Source: Geminicoccaceae bacterium
Lineage (GTDB): Bacteria > Pseudomonadota > Alphaproteobacteria > Geminicoccales > Geminicoccaceae
Assembly (NCBI GenBank): GCA_036796215.1
Contig: DAIRDJ010000004.1
Coordinates: forward strand, 2,077 to 66,076
Direction of reading: 5' to 3'
DNA: 64,000 nucleotides
Within the stretch, counting starts at the first letter, position 1. The number at the start of each line of letters is the position of its first letter. The position numbers were made by a program, and so were the translations under genes. Positions 18,143 through 27,900 of this stretch are shown piece by piece. The notes under the pieces are model-generated. The model was not told where the DNA came from, ran no database searches, and was given only the letters and a program-made list of their open reading frames with translations.

Positions 18143-19427
18143 GCCCCGGCGGCCGGTCCGCCAGCGCCGCGGCGGTCCGATCGCTGCGGTGCTCGTTGCC
18201 GTCGGGCTGACAGGTGCGTCCGTTGGACCGGCCTTCGCCGCCGCCTGGCCCGCCGAGCTCGGCCCGGTGCTTTCCTGGACGCCGCCCGTTGGCGCTGCCA
18301 ATCCCGGACAGTGCACCCGGGTAGTGGACCGCGGCCGTGATCCAGCGGCCAGTATTCAGGCTGCGGTCGACGAGGCCGGACCCGGCGACATGGTTTGCGT
18401 TCGCTCGACGAACCACCGCGACGAAGTCGTCGAGATCGGGCGCTCGGGTGCACCCGGCAGGCCGATCGAGCTCCATGCGCTCGCCGACGTGGTGACCGGC
18501 GGCTTCATCGTCGAGGCCGATGACGTCATCGTCCGCGGCTTCACCGTCCAGACCGGCGCCGCCACGGATGCGGAAGACTGGCGCGCCGGCTTCGAGCTCC
18601 GGGGGCGGCGCCTCGGCATCATCGACAACACGGTCACGGACCCGGCAGGCTACGGCATCCACTGCAGCCTGGGGGCGCCGCACTGCACCGACACGGCGAT
18701 CATCGGCAACACGATCAGCGGTGCCGACGGCAACGGCATCAACGCCATCGGGTATGACCTCCTGGTCGAGGGCAACGACGTCTCGGGCTCGATCAGGCGC
18801 TTAGCCAACGATGCCGACGGCATCCGCTTCTTCGGTGAGCGCCTGCTGCTCCGCGACAACATCGTCCACCGCATCTTCGACCGCGGCTACAAGGGCGAAG
18901 GGCCGCACACCGACTGTTTCCAGAATTTCGATTCCGGCCGGCCCTCGACCCGCGACGTGGTGATCGAGGACAATGTCTGCTTCGACGTCGACCACCAGTG
19001 TCTGATCGCCGAGACACCGGTCCGGCGCGAGGGCGCCAACCTCATCTTTCGACGCAACATCTGCGCGAACAACGGCAGCCAGGGTGTGATGGTTCGCGAG
19101 TTCGACAATTTGCTGGTCGAAGAGAACATTTTTTTATCAACCATCCATTTCAACGCCGTGGTGCTGCGGCAGGAGGTCACCAACGCCACCATTCGCTGCA
19201 ACCTCGTGGTCGGCCGGCCGGCCGTGCACGAGATCGACCAGAGCTCGCGGCAGGGGCTGCGCGTAACGGGCAACCAGCGCGCCGAAAGCCCGGCCGCCGC
19301 ACCCGCCGCGCGCGCGGCCCTCGCCAAGGGCGGCTGCAACGTGCCGCCGCTCTTCCCCTGGCTCAAAAAAAGTGTCCTGCTACCCGACGACACGCTCGTG
19401 GACGCTGGCCGAGAGCTTCGCCTATGA
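18117..19427 (+). CDS. Secreted right-handed parallel beta-helix repeat protein (polysaccharide lyase/hydrolase/epimerase-like)
   Basis: ORF 18093..19427. Start at ATG 18117 (GGGAGG 6 nt upstream). Arg-rich N-terminus plus hydrophobic signal ending AFAAA. Repeated I-x-N/D-N-x-V/I rungs (IIDNTV, IIGNTISG, VEGNDVSG, LRDNIV, IEDNVC, FRRNIC, VEENIF). Confidence 0.65.
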   Translation: MPSTAISPEPRRPVRQRRGGPIAAVLVAVGLTGASVGPAFAAAWPAELGPVLSWTPPVGAANPGQCTRVVDRGRDPAASIQAAVDEAGPGDMVCVRSTNHRDEVVEIGRSGAPGRPIELHALADVVTGGFIVEADDVIVRGFTVQTGAATDAEDWRAGFELRGRRLGIIDNTVTDPAGYGIHCSLGAPHCTDTAIIGNTISGADGNGINAIGYDLLVEGNDVSGSIRRLANDADGIRFFGERLLLRDNIVHRIFDRGYKGEGPHTDCFQNFDSGRPSTRDVVIEDNVCFDVDHQCLIAETPVRREGANLIFRRNICANNGSQGVMVREFDNLLVEENIFLSTIHFNAVVLRQEVTNATIRCNLVVGRPAVHEIDQSSRQGLRVTGNQRAESPAAAPAARAALAKGGCNVPPLFPWLKKSVLLPDDTLVDAGRELRL

Positions 19428-20158
19428 TCGAGATCTATCGTCTACCGTTCTGGCCGGCAGTGCGCTTGGTCTATCGCTCCGGGCGCGTATCGCTCCAACT
19501 CCTGGTCGACCGGGCGCTGGACGTGCGAACGACCCTGCTGCGCAACGAACTCAGCATGGGTCACGATCGACCGCCGGACTTCGATCATGGGCCGGTCGGT
19601 TGGATCAGGCTGTTGCGCATCTTCCGTCATCTAGCCCCGAACCGGGCGGACGTGCTCTATGACGTCGGCTCGGGCAACGGCCGAGCGGTCGTGGTCGCCG
19701 GCCAGTTCCCGTTCGGCAAGATCGTTGGCGTCGAGATTTCGCCCGACATGCACGCACAGGCCAAGGCAAACCTCGCGAGCTGCCGGCTGAGGCCCAAAGC
19801 AGCAGTCGAGCTCTTGCATGGTGATGCTCTCGCGCAGCCGATCCCCGACGACACGTCGGTCGTCTATTTCTACAACTCGTTCACCGGGCCGGTTTTTGAT
19901 CGTTTCGTCGATCATCTTCTCGACGATCTCGATCAAAACCCGAGACCGCTGCGGTTCGTCTATACCAACCCCATCGAGCACCCTAAGCTGGAAGCCGACG
20001 AGCGCTTTCGGCTCGTCCACCGTATTCGCGGCTGGCGCCCGACGGCGAACTGGTCGCGGATGCTGAGCACGCATTTCTATGAAATCCTGCCATCGGATGC
20101 CGCCGCTCGTGCCCTGGCTCGCGGAGAGCGTGATGCTGGCCAGCGAACTGCACAGTGA
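19424..20158 (+). CDS. Class I SAM-dependent methyltransferase (paralog 1)
   Basis: Real part of ORF 18998..20158 from MIEIYRLPFW (ATGA overlap at 19424). Motif I VLYDVGSGNGR, then VGVEIS and HGDAL. Confidence 0.75.
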   Translation: MIEIYRLPFWPAVRLVYRSGRVSLQLLVDRALDVRTTLLRNELSMGHDRPPDFDHGPVGWIRLLRIFRHLAPNRADVLYDVGSGNGRAVVVAGQFPFGKIVGVEISPDMHAQAKANLASCRLRPKAAVELLHGDALAQPIPDDTSVVYFYNSFTGPVFDRFVDHLLDDLDQNPRPLRFVYTNPIEHPKLEADERFRLVHRIRGWRPTANWSRMLSTHFYEILPSDAAARALARGERDAGQRTAQ

Positions 20159-20179
20159 TATGAACGGAGCGTCGCGACC

Positions 20180-20887
20180 ATGATAGACATTCATCGCCTG
20201 CCGTTCTGGCCGGCCCTCCGGCTGCCCTATCGCTTCGCCCGCTCGTCGCTGCAGATCGCCGTCGACAAGTCTTTGGGTGTGCAGACCACGTTGCTGGATA
20301 ACGAGCTCCATGTCGGCCTCGACCGCCCAGCGACATTCAAGCACGGCCCGGTCGGCTGGACCACGCTCTGGCGAATCTTCCGCCGCCTCGGCCCGGCGCC
20401 GGAAGACGTGCTCTATGAGGTCGGCTGCGGCAACGGCCGGCCACTGATCGTGGCGCGACAGTTCCCTTTCAAGCGACTGGTCGGCATCGAGCTGTCCGCC
20501 CGCATGCATGAGCAGGCCGTCGCCAACCTTGCCAGCTGCCGGTTGGGGCCCAAGAGCCCGGTCGAGCTGATCAATGGCGACGCCCTCGCTCAGCCGATCC
20601 CCGAAGGCACCTCGATTGTGTTCTTCTCGAGCCCCTTTCAGGGCGAGCTTTTTGATCGCTTCATCGCCAATCTGCTCGACGATCTCGATAGCCACCCGCG
20701 CCGCTTGCGCTTCGTCTACTATAACCCGCGCGAGCACGCCAAGCTCGAGGCATCGGGTCGTTTTCGCCTCGACCATCGCTTTCGCGGACTGCGACCGAGC
20801 CGCGAGTGGTCGCGAATGCTGACCACGCACTTCTACGAGGTTCTACCATCCGACGCCGGGCGGCCATCGTCGGCGGATCGCAAGTAG
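20180..20887 (+). CDS. Class I SAM-dependent methyltransferase (paralog 2)
   Basis: ORF 20180..20887. Colinear, gap-free similarity to the preceding gene (MIDIHRLPFWPALRL..., VLYEVGCGNGR, VGIELS, NGDALAQPIP). Confidence 0.75.
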   Translation: MIDIHRLPFWPALRLPYRFARSSLQIAVDKSLGVQTTLLDNELHVGLDRPATFKHGPVGWTTLWRIFRRLGPAPEDVLYEVGCGNGRPLIVARQFPFKRLVGIELSARMHEQAVANLASCRLGPKSPVELINGDALAQPIPEGTSIVFFSSPFQGELFDRFIANLLDDLDSHPRRLRFVYYNPREHAKLEASGRFRLDHRFRGLRPSREWSRMLTTHFYEVLPSDAGRPSSADRK

Positions 20888-20904
20888 CGTGAAGGAGACA
20901 GGTG

Positions 20905-21774
20905 ATGTCCTCGACCAGCGCGGAGTTGCGCCGACCCAAGGGCAGTGACGCGAGCGTGGCGGCTCGCGTCGCGATCGACCAAAAGGGCACCCGCCTGCCG
21001 ATGCGCTCGAGCCGACTGGCGAACGAGGCCGGTGGGCTGGCGGTGGCGACCTCGCCGCTCGAGCCCACCGCGATGCCCGCGGCAATACCGGGCCCTCCCG
21101 ACGAGGGGCACCCTGTCGCGAACCGCGCCATGCAGCCGACCGACCGACGGCTGCCGCACGGTGCCGCTTCGGCGCCGGCTGCAGCCGTCCCCGAAGCGAC
21201 AGCCCCTGGCCGCCGCACCGCTGGGGTCGGCCGAATTCTGCTCTCGCTGGCGCTCCTCTTCTTGCTGCCGGTGCTGCTCGCCGCGACAGCCGGCTATCTA
21301 GCCGCCACTTATCTCGAGGAAGTCCGTGCCGGCCGCAGCGAGATCATGTTTCACCTGCCGGACCTCGCCGGCGACGCTGCCGGACGCTTCCTCGCCACCC
21401 AGCCCGTGGTGGTCCGCAGCTACCCGGTGGTCGAGCCCGCCGCCCGGGCCGAGGCGATGCCGGTCAACGACATTCTCGGCAATCTCGACGTCACCATGGT
21501 GGAGAGCAGCGCCCTGATGCGCATCGAGTACCAGGACACCGACAGCGAGCGGATTCTGCGCGTGCTCGAGGCCGTCACCGTTGGCTATCTCGGCCTGTTG
21601 CGCGACATCGCGATGATCGAGGGGGCGAGCCATCGGATCCTGAGCGCCCCCTATCTGCTAGAGGAACCGGTCGGACCGAAGCCCATCCAGGCTGCCGCCA
21701 TCGCCGCCGTGGTCGGGCTCGCCGTAGCCTTTGCCGGCCTCGTTATCCTCGCCCAACTGCGTCGTCCGGCCTGA
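20905..21774 (+). CDS. Short polysaccharide co-polymerase (Wzz/PCP-like) with a Pro/Ala-rich cytoplasmic N-terminal extension
   Basis: ORF 20902..21774. ATG 20905 has AAGGAG 7 nt upstream. TM1 ILLSLALLFLLPVLLAATAGYL, a periplasmic segment of about 130 aa, and the hallmark Pro-rich motif EEPVGPKP immediately before TM2. Confidence 0.6.
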   Translation: MSSTSAELRRPKGSDASVAARVAIDQKGTRLPMRSSRLANEAGGLAVATSPLEPTAMPAAIPGPPDEGHPVANRAMQPTDRRLPHGAASAPAAAVPEATAPGRRTAGVGRILLSLALLFLLPVLLAATAGYLAATYLEEVRAGRSEIMFHLPDLAGDAAGRFLATQPVVVRSYPVVEPAARAEAMPVNDILGNLDVTMVESSALMRIEYQDTDSERILRVLEAVTVGYLGLLRDIAMIEGASHRILSAPYLLEEPVGPKPIQAAAIAAVVGLAVAFAGLVILAQLRRPA

Positions 21775-21787
21775 CGCCGGTGCGTGG

Positions 21788-23470
21788 ATGGACTCGATGA
21801 CGACGTCGGTGGGCAAGGTGGCCGATGCGACCGCGGCCGAGTCGGCAGGGGCGCGACACCGCGCCGATGTGAGCGAGCTCGCCGGCCACTCGCGGACCGT
21901 CCTCGTCTGGACAGTCGCCAGCCGGGCCGCGGGTTTCTTGCGCGCCGCGCTTCTCGCCGCCGTCCTCGGCCCGACCTTCTTCGGCAATCTCGTGCAGACG
22001 AGCCTGGTCCTGCCCCACCTCGTCTGCCAGCTCCTGATGGCGTCGCTAGTCCCGGCGATCTTGACCCCGCACTTGGTGCGCCTGCTCGACGCCGGCGAGC
22101 GGGAGCAGGCGCACCGCCTGACCTGCAGCTTCTTCGGTCTTGCCTGCGCCTGCTTCGGCGTCGCCGCCCTGCTGACGGTGCTCGCCGCTCCGCTGATCCT
22201 GCCGGTCTTGACCGTCGCGGTCGAGGACCCGGCCATCCGCATGGCGCAGCACGATCTCGGCTGGTACCTCATTCTCTGCATCGCGCCGCAGATCCCGCTG
22301 TTCGGCGTCGTCTCGATCGGTATCGCGGTCCAGCAGGCGCAACGCCGGTTCGCGCTCGCGACTGCTGCCCCCGCCTTCGAAAGTCTCGGCTTCGGCCTGA
22401 TCCTCGCCCTGAGCGCCTTGGTCTTCGGCATCGGTAGCGATATCGACGAGATCAGCCACGCCCAGGTCCTCTTCATCGGCATCGGTGCCACGCTCGCCGT
22501 CACCTGCCATGCCGCCGTGCAGTGGTGGGGGGCTTTTCGTCTCGGCGTGACGCTCCGGCCGCGGGGCGGCTGGTTCGCCCCGGAGCTCCGCGCGGTGCTG
22601 CGCATGGCGCTGCCGTCGAGTGGCAACGCCATCCTGGTCTCGCTCGGCTGGGTCGCGATGCTGGTCGTCGCCGGCGGCATCCCCGGCGGTGCGGTTGCCT
22701 TCCAGATCGCCTACAACCTCTTCAACCTGCCGATAGCACTTTGCGCCCGGCCGATCGCAACGGCCCAGCTGCCGCTGATGGCGAGCCGCATCGCTGGAGG
22801 TAGCAGTGCTACCGCCCTCTTTCACGATGCGCTGCGGTTGACCTTCTTCGTCGCTTTGCCGGCCGCCCTCGTCTTTCTCCTCATGGCCGACCAGCTGGCA
22901 CTGCTGATCAGCGTCGGCGGCATGCGCACCGAGGCCGGCCTCGGCCTCGTTACGATAGCCATTGCGGGGCTCGGCCTCGCCCTGCTCGGCGAAGGCGTCA
23001 TGGTGGTGTCGAGTTCCGCCGCCTACGCCCGCCACGACGCCGCTTCGCCCTTTCGCGCGATGGCGCTGCAGACCGCGATCCTCGGCTGCGGCCTCGTGCC
23101 GATCGCACTGCTCACCGATGGCGCCGAGCGGCTCGGCGCCATCGGTCTCGTCTTCTCGGCTGCTACGCTGGTCGGCGGTCTCTACCTCTACCGTGCCCAG
23201 CTCGCAGCCGGCCGCCCGAAGGTCGACTGGTCGCTCGCCCGCGACCTCGGCTGCGCCATCGTCGCCGTCGGCGTCGGCGTCGCAATGGTCGACGTCTGGC
23301 CCGGCCCGGCGGGTATCGTTCCGGCGCTCGTCAGCTTGACCGTTGCAGCCCTGCTCTATCTCGCGATCCAATGGCTCGCGAGCTCGCGGGAGCTCGCCCT
23401 CGTGCTGCGAACCGTTCGCCCTTCTGGAGCTGTCGGCGGTACGGCCACGCATGGCGAGGTTCGCGGCTGA
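21788..23470 (+). CDS. MurJ/MviN-type MOP-superfamily lipid-linked glycan flippase
   Basis: ORF 21731..23470. N-terminal SRAAGFLRAALLAAVLG... resembles the MurJ SRxxGFxRd motif. About 14 predicted TM segments. Confidence 0.7.
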   Translation: MDSMTTSVGKVADATAAESAGARHRADVSELAGHSRTVLVWTVASRAAGFLRAALLAAVLGPTFFGNLVQTSLVLPHLVCQLLMASLVPAILTPHLVRLLDAGEREQAHRLTCSFFGLACACFGVAALLTVLAAPLILPVLTVAVEDPAIRMAQHDLGWYLILCIAPQIPLFGVVSIGIAVQQAQRRFALATAAPAFESLGFGLILALSALVFGIGSDIDEISHAQVLFIGIGATLAVTCHAAVQWWGAFRLGVTLRPRGGWFAPELRAVLRMALPSSGNAILVSLGWVAMLVVAGGIPGGAVAFQIAYNLFNLPIALCARPIATAQLPLMASRIAGGSSATALFHDALRLTFFVALPAALVFLLMADQLALLISVGGMRTEAGLGLVTIAIAGLGLALLGEGVMVVSSSAAYARHDAASPFRAMALQTAILGCGLVPIALLTDGAERLGAIGLVFSAATLVGGLYLYRAQLAAGRPKVDWSLARDLGCAIVAVGVGVAMVDVWPGPAGIVPALVSLTVAALLYLAIQWLASSRELALVLRTVRPSGAVGGTATHGEVRG

Positions 23471-24939
23471 TGGCGAGCCTCGGCGTCACCGCCTTGCCTT
23501 CAGGTCACAGCGACCGGCGTCGCCCGGTTTGGCCGCTCCTTCTCGGCCTCGTCGGCGTCAGCCTCGCCGCCGCTCTCGGCGGTGTCGCCACCGGCCTCGG
23601 CGAACTGAAGGGTGCGGCGGTTGCCATCGCCGTGCCGATCGGTCTCGCGATCTACGCAGCACCACAGCTCGGCCCCTATCTCTGGCTCCTCGCGAGCCCG
23701 CTGACCGTCGGTCTCGCCCGCGGCGATATCCTGCCCTTCGTCCGCCCCAACGAAGCCTTGCTGCTGCTGATCCTCGGCGCCGTCGCGTTTCGCGTCGTCC
23801 CGCTCGTGCTCGCCGGCCGCTGGCGTCTGCCGCCACTCGGCCGCTTCGATCTCGCCCTCGGCCTGTTGGTGGTCACGGGCTCGCTCCTGCCCGTGTGCAT
23901 CCGCCTCGGCCGCGATCTGCCGCTCGCCACGGACGACGTGCTCTACAGCCTCGTGTTGATCAAATACCTGCTCCTCTACACGCTGTTTCGCCTGACCATC
24001 ACCACCACGGCGCAGGTGCGCGTCTGCCTCGTGTTGGCCCTCGCCGCGGCCGTGCCGGTGGCCCTCGTTGCGCTCTTGCAGGTTAACGGCCTGTTCGGCG
24101 TGCCGGAGTTCCTCGCGCGGTACTACGACTCGCCGTTCTCCGGCGGGCAAGGCGCTCCGGTCACCTCCCGCGGCACCTCGACCGTGGCGAGCTCATTCGG
24201 TGTCGCCAACCTCATGATCCACACCGCGAGCATCGTCTCCGGATGGATGATCGTCTACGGCCGGCCGCGTGGCGTGCTGCTCTGTATGGGAGTGGTCTGC
24301 TTGTTCGGCGTGCTCGCCGCCGGCCAGTTCTCCGGTATCATCGGCGTCGCCATCGCGATCACCATCACCGGTTGGCTGATCGGCCGGCTGCGCCAGGTCA
24401 TGCTCTGGGCACTGCCGGCCCTGGCCCTCGGTGCAGCACTGCTCTGGCCGGTTCTCGAACAACGGCTGAGCGGGTTTGAGCGGGATTCCGGTCTGCCGCA
24501 GAGCTGGGAAGGTCGCATCGACAATATGGAACGCTTCATTCTTCCGGAGCTCGCCTCGGGCGACAACTGGTTTCTCGGCGTCCGCCCCGCACCTCGGGTC
24601 GCCGCACCCGAATGGTGGCGCGAGTACGTCTATATCGAAAGCGGCTATGTTTGGCTGTTGTGGATCGGCGGCGTGCCGTTCCTCGTGGCTTTCCTCGCTT
24701 TTGCCTGGGTCGGGATCACCGAGTTCGGCCGGGTCTGCCGAACACGCCAGGATGCCGTCGGCATCGCCGCACTCGCGGCGACCACCGGTCTTACCATAGT
24801 GACCGTCCTGATGCTGTTCGATCCCCACCTCACGATGCGCGGCGGCGCCGATCTGATGTTCCCGCTCATGGCCCTCGCCCTGCTGGGGCCGGCCGCGCGC
24901 CCCGATCCCGTCGTACCAGCCGAGCGAGCTCGACCATGA
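23470..24939 (+). CDS. O-antigen ligase/Wzy-like polytopic membrane protein (candidate polymerase)
   Basis: Real part of ORF 23371..24939 from MASLGVTAL (TGATG overlap at 23470). Many TM segments with one larger loop (FERDSGLPQSWEGRIDNMERF...). Confidence 0.6.
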   Translation: MASLGVTALPSGHSDRRRPVWPLLLGLVGVSLAAALGGVATGLGELKGAAVAIAVPIGLAIYAAPQLGPYLWLLASPLTVGLARGDILPFVRPNEALLLLILGAVAFRVVPLVLAGRWRLPPLGRFDLALGLLVVTGSLLPVCIRLGRDLPLATDDVLYSLVLIKYLLLYTLFRLTITTTAQVRVCLVLALAAAVPVALVALLQVNGLFGVPEFLARYYDSPFSGGQGAPVTSRGTSTVASSFGVANLMIHTASIVSGWMIVYGRPRGVLLCMGVVCLFGVLAAGQFSGIIGVAIAITITGWLIGRLRQVMLWALPALALGAALLWPVLEQRLSGFERDSGLPQSWEGRIDNMERFILPELASGDNWFLGVRPAPRVAAPEWWREYVYIESGYVWLLWIGGVPFLVAFLAFAWVGITEFGRVCRTRQDAVGIAALAATTGLTIVTVLMLFDPHLTMRGGADLMFPLMALALLGPAARPDPVVPAERARP

Positions 24940-27900
24940 CCCGCAGCCCATCTTCACATACCCGACGCATCGCCTGGCTCGCCGGCCTGACCCTGCTCGC
25001 CGCCTGCAACTACGAGAGCGGCGAGCGGGCGCTCGAACGGGGCGACGAGATGCGCGCCGCCGAGATTTGGCAGCCGCTCGCCAGGCGCGGCGACATGCGC
25101 GCGGCCCTGGCCCTGGCACGCCTCGACACCGGCGCAGATGCCACGCCGGCGGAGCTCGACGAGGCCGAGCGCGAACTCCGGCGGGTGCTCCGCCTCGGCG
25201 AGGGCTGGCAACAGGGCTGGGCCTACTACGAGCTCGCCCGTGTGGAACGCCAGCGCGACCGGCCGGTCGAAGCCGCGGCCTATTACGAGGAAGCGCTGGA
25301 GCGCGGTGTCGAATGGGCCGCCTACGACCTCGGCCAACTCTTGGCCGAGGGCAGGGGGGTCCAACCGGACCCGGCACGCGCCTTGCGTCTCACCGAGCAG
25401 GCCGCCGACGAAGGCGTGGCACCGGCGATGACCGCGATGGGCACGTTCTACGTCCGGGGCATCGGCGTCGCCGCCGATCCCGAAGCCGCTAGGCGCTGGT
25501 ACGAGAAAGCCGCCGCGGCCGGCGATCCCTGGGGCCAATTCGCCCTCGGCCAATTGCTGCTGGCCGCCGATCGCGAAGGCGGCGAGCTCGACCCCGCCGG
25601 TGCTGCGGCAGCGTTCGAGGCGGCTGTCGCCGAGGGCATCGTCCAGGCGAAACTACCGCTCGCCGACCTCCTCCTGCCATTCGACCCGGCTACGGCCGAG
25701 GTCGTTCCCGCGGATCCGAACCGGGCCCTCGCCCTCTATACCGAGGCGGCCGCGGCCGGCGATGCCTGGGCGAGCTATCGCCTCGCCGAAATCTACGCCT
25801 CCGGCCGGCTCGCCCCGGCCGACCCCGAGCGCGCGGCCAAGCATTACGCCAAAGCGGCGGAAGGCGGCATCGGCCTGGCGGCGAAGGCCTTGGGCCGGCT
25901 CTACGAGCTCGGCCAGGGTGTGCCGGTCGATCCGGCCCGCGCCGCTGACCTCTACACCACTGCGGCAGCCGAGGGCGATATCGACGCCGTGCTGGGCCTC
26001 ATTCGGCTCGCCCGCCTGCCCGATCCCCCGCCGATCGACACAACCACGCTTCTGGCCGAACTGGAGGTGGCGCTCGACCTGCGCCCCGCCGATGCCGGTC
26101 AGGTTCTGGGCGACCTCTATCTCGCGGGTGATCTCGTCCCGACCGACCCCGTGTTGGCCACAGGCTACCTGGAGACAGCGCTCGCCGCCGGCAACACGAC
26201 GGTCCGGCCGCGCCTGGCACGGCTCTATCTCGATCCTACGCTTGAGCTCGGTGGTGCCGGCCGCGACGCCGAGGCGGGCCGGAGACTCTTGGAGGACGCC
26301 GCTGGCGAGGGTGACCCCAATGCCGCCTTCGAGCTCGCCCGCCTGCTCGAGGCGCCACCCGCGGCCGATCCGGCGCGCGCTCGCAGCCTCTATACCGCGG
26401 CTGCCGAAGCCGGCGTCGCGGCCGCGCAAAAAGCGCTTGCCGACCAGTTCCGTGACGGGATCGGTGGCCCCCAGGATCGCGACCTCGCCGTCCGGTGGTA
26501 TGAGGTCGCGGCGGCCGGCGGTGATCCCTGGGCCGCTTTCGAACTCGCCCGCCTGCTCGAAACGGGCGCTGGCGTGGCTGCCGATCCGGCTCGTGCCCGC
26601 AGCCTCTACGCTAGGGCGGCGGCTGCACAAATCGCCCCGGCCCAGCAGGCGCTGGCCGGCATGCTGCGCGACGGTCGAGGTGGTCCCCCCGACATCGTGG
26701 CGGCGGGGCGCTGGTATCGGGCCGCGGCAGATGCCGGTGAGCCTTGGGCCGCCTACGAGCTGGCACAGCTCTATGCCGCGGACACGGCGGGCGTTCTGCC
26801 GGCCGATCGCAGCCGCACCGAGACCATGACCATCCTCTACCGCTCCGCTGCCAATGCTGGCATCCCGCAGGCTCAGTTGGCTCTAGGCGATCTCTTGGCC
26901 GATCCCGCGAACCCGGCCGCCGATCCGGCGGCGGCAGCCGCCTGGTACGAGCGGGCGATGGCTTCCGGCGAACCCATAGCGGCCTTCCGCCTTGCGCGGT
27001 TGCCATCACCCGGCACCACATCCGCGAACCTCGAGCCGAGGCGGCGCGCATTGCTCGAGGAGGCGGTCGCCGCCGGCGTGCCGGGTGCAGCTACAGAGCT
27101 CGCGCGGCTGCTGGAATCGGACGAGGACGGGGCCCCCGATCCGGCTCGGGCTCTGGAGCTGTACCAAAGTGCCGCTGCCGAGGGTGATCCCTGGGCGGCA
27201 CTTGCCTTGGGTCGCCACTACCAGGGGGACGCGCGGACGCCGACCCGGGGATCGCGGGATCCGGATCTGGCAATTGTCTGGCTCGAGCAGGCCGCCGCGG
27301 CCGACATTGCCGAAGCGAAGCGCCGCCTCGGTGACCTCTATGCCGATTCGGCGAGCGACCACTTTGCCCCCGAGAGCGCCGTGCGCTGGTACGAAGCTGC
27401 AGCTGCGGACGGTGACGAGTGGGCCATGATAGAGCTTGCCAAGCTCAGGATGGATGGCCCGGCCGGCATCGCCGATCCGGCGGCTGCCGCCCGGGCGCTC
27501 GAGCCACTCGCCGAGGCCGGGCTGCCGCAGGCGCAGAAGCTGCTGGGCGACCTCTATGATCGCGGCCAGGGGGTGCGGGCCGATCCAGAAACCGCTGTCG
27601 CCTGGCACCGCGCGGCGGCGCAAGGGGGTGATCCCTGGGCCGCGTTCGCGATGGCAGAACGCCATTCGCGGGGCCGCGACGTGCCACGCGATCCGGATCG
27701 GGCCCGCGAGTACTATGTCATCGCGGCGGCGGCCGGTCTGGCGCCGGCACAGCGCTGGCTCGCCGACGCGGAGATGATGCGGGCCATGGCCAGCCGCGGG
27801 GCGGAGGCGGAGGCTGCGCGCGGTAGTGCGGTGACCTGGTATCAAGCGGCGGCCGAGGGCGGGGATGCCCGGGCGCTCTATCGTCTTGGCATTCTGCATC

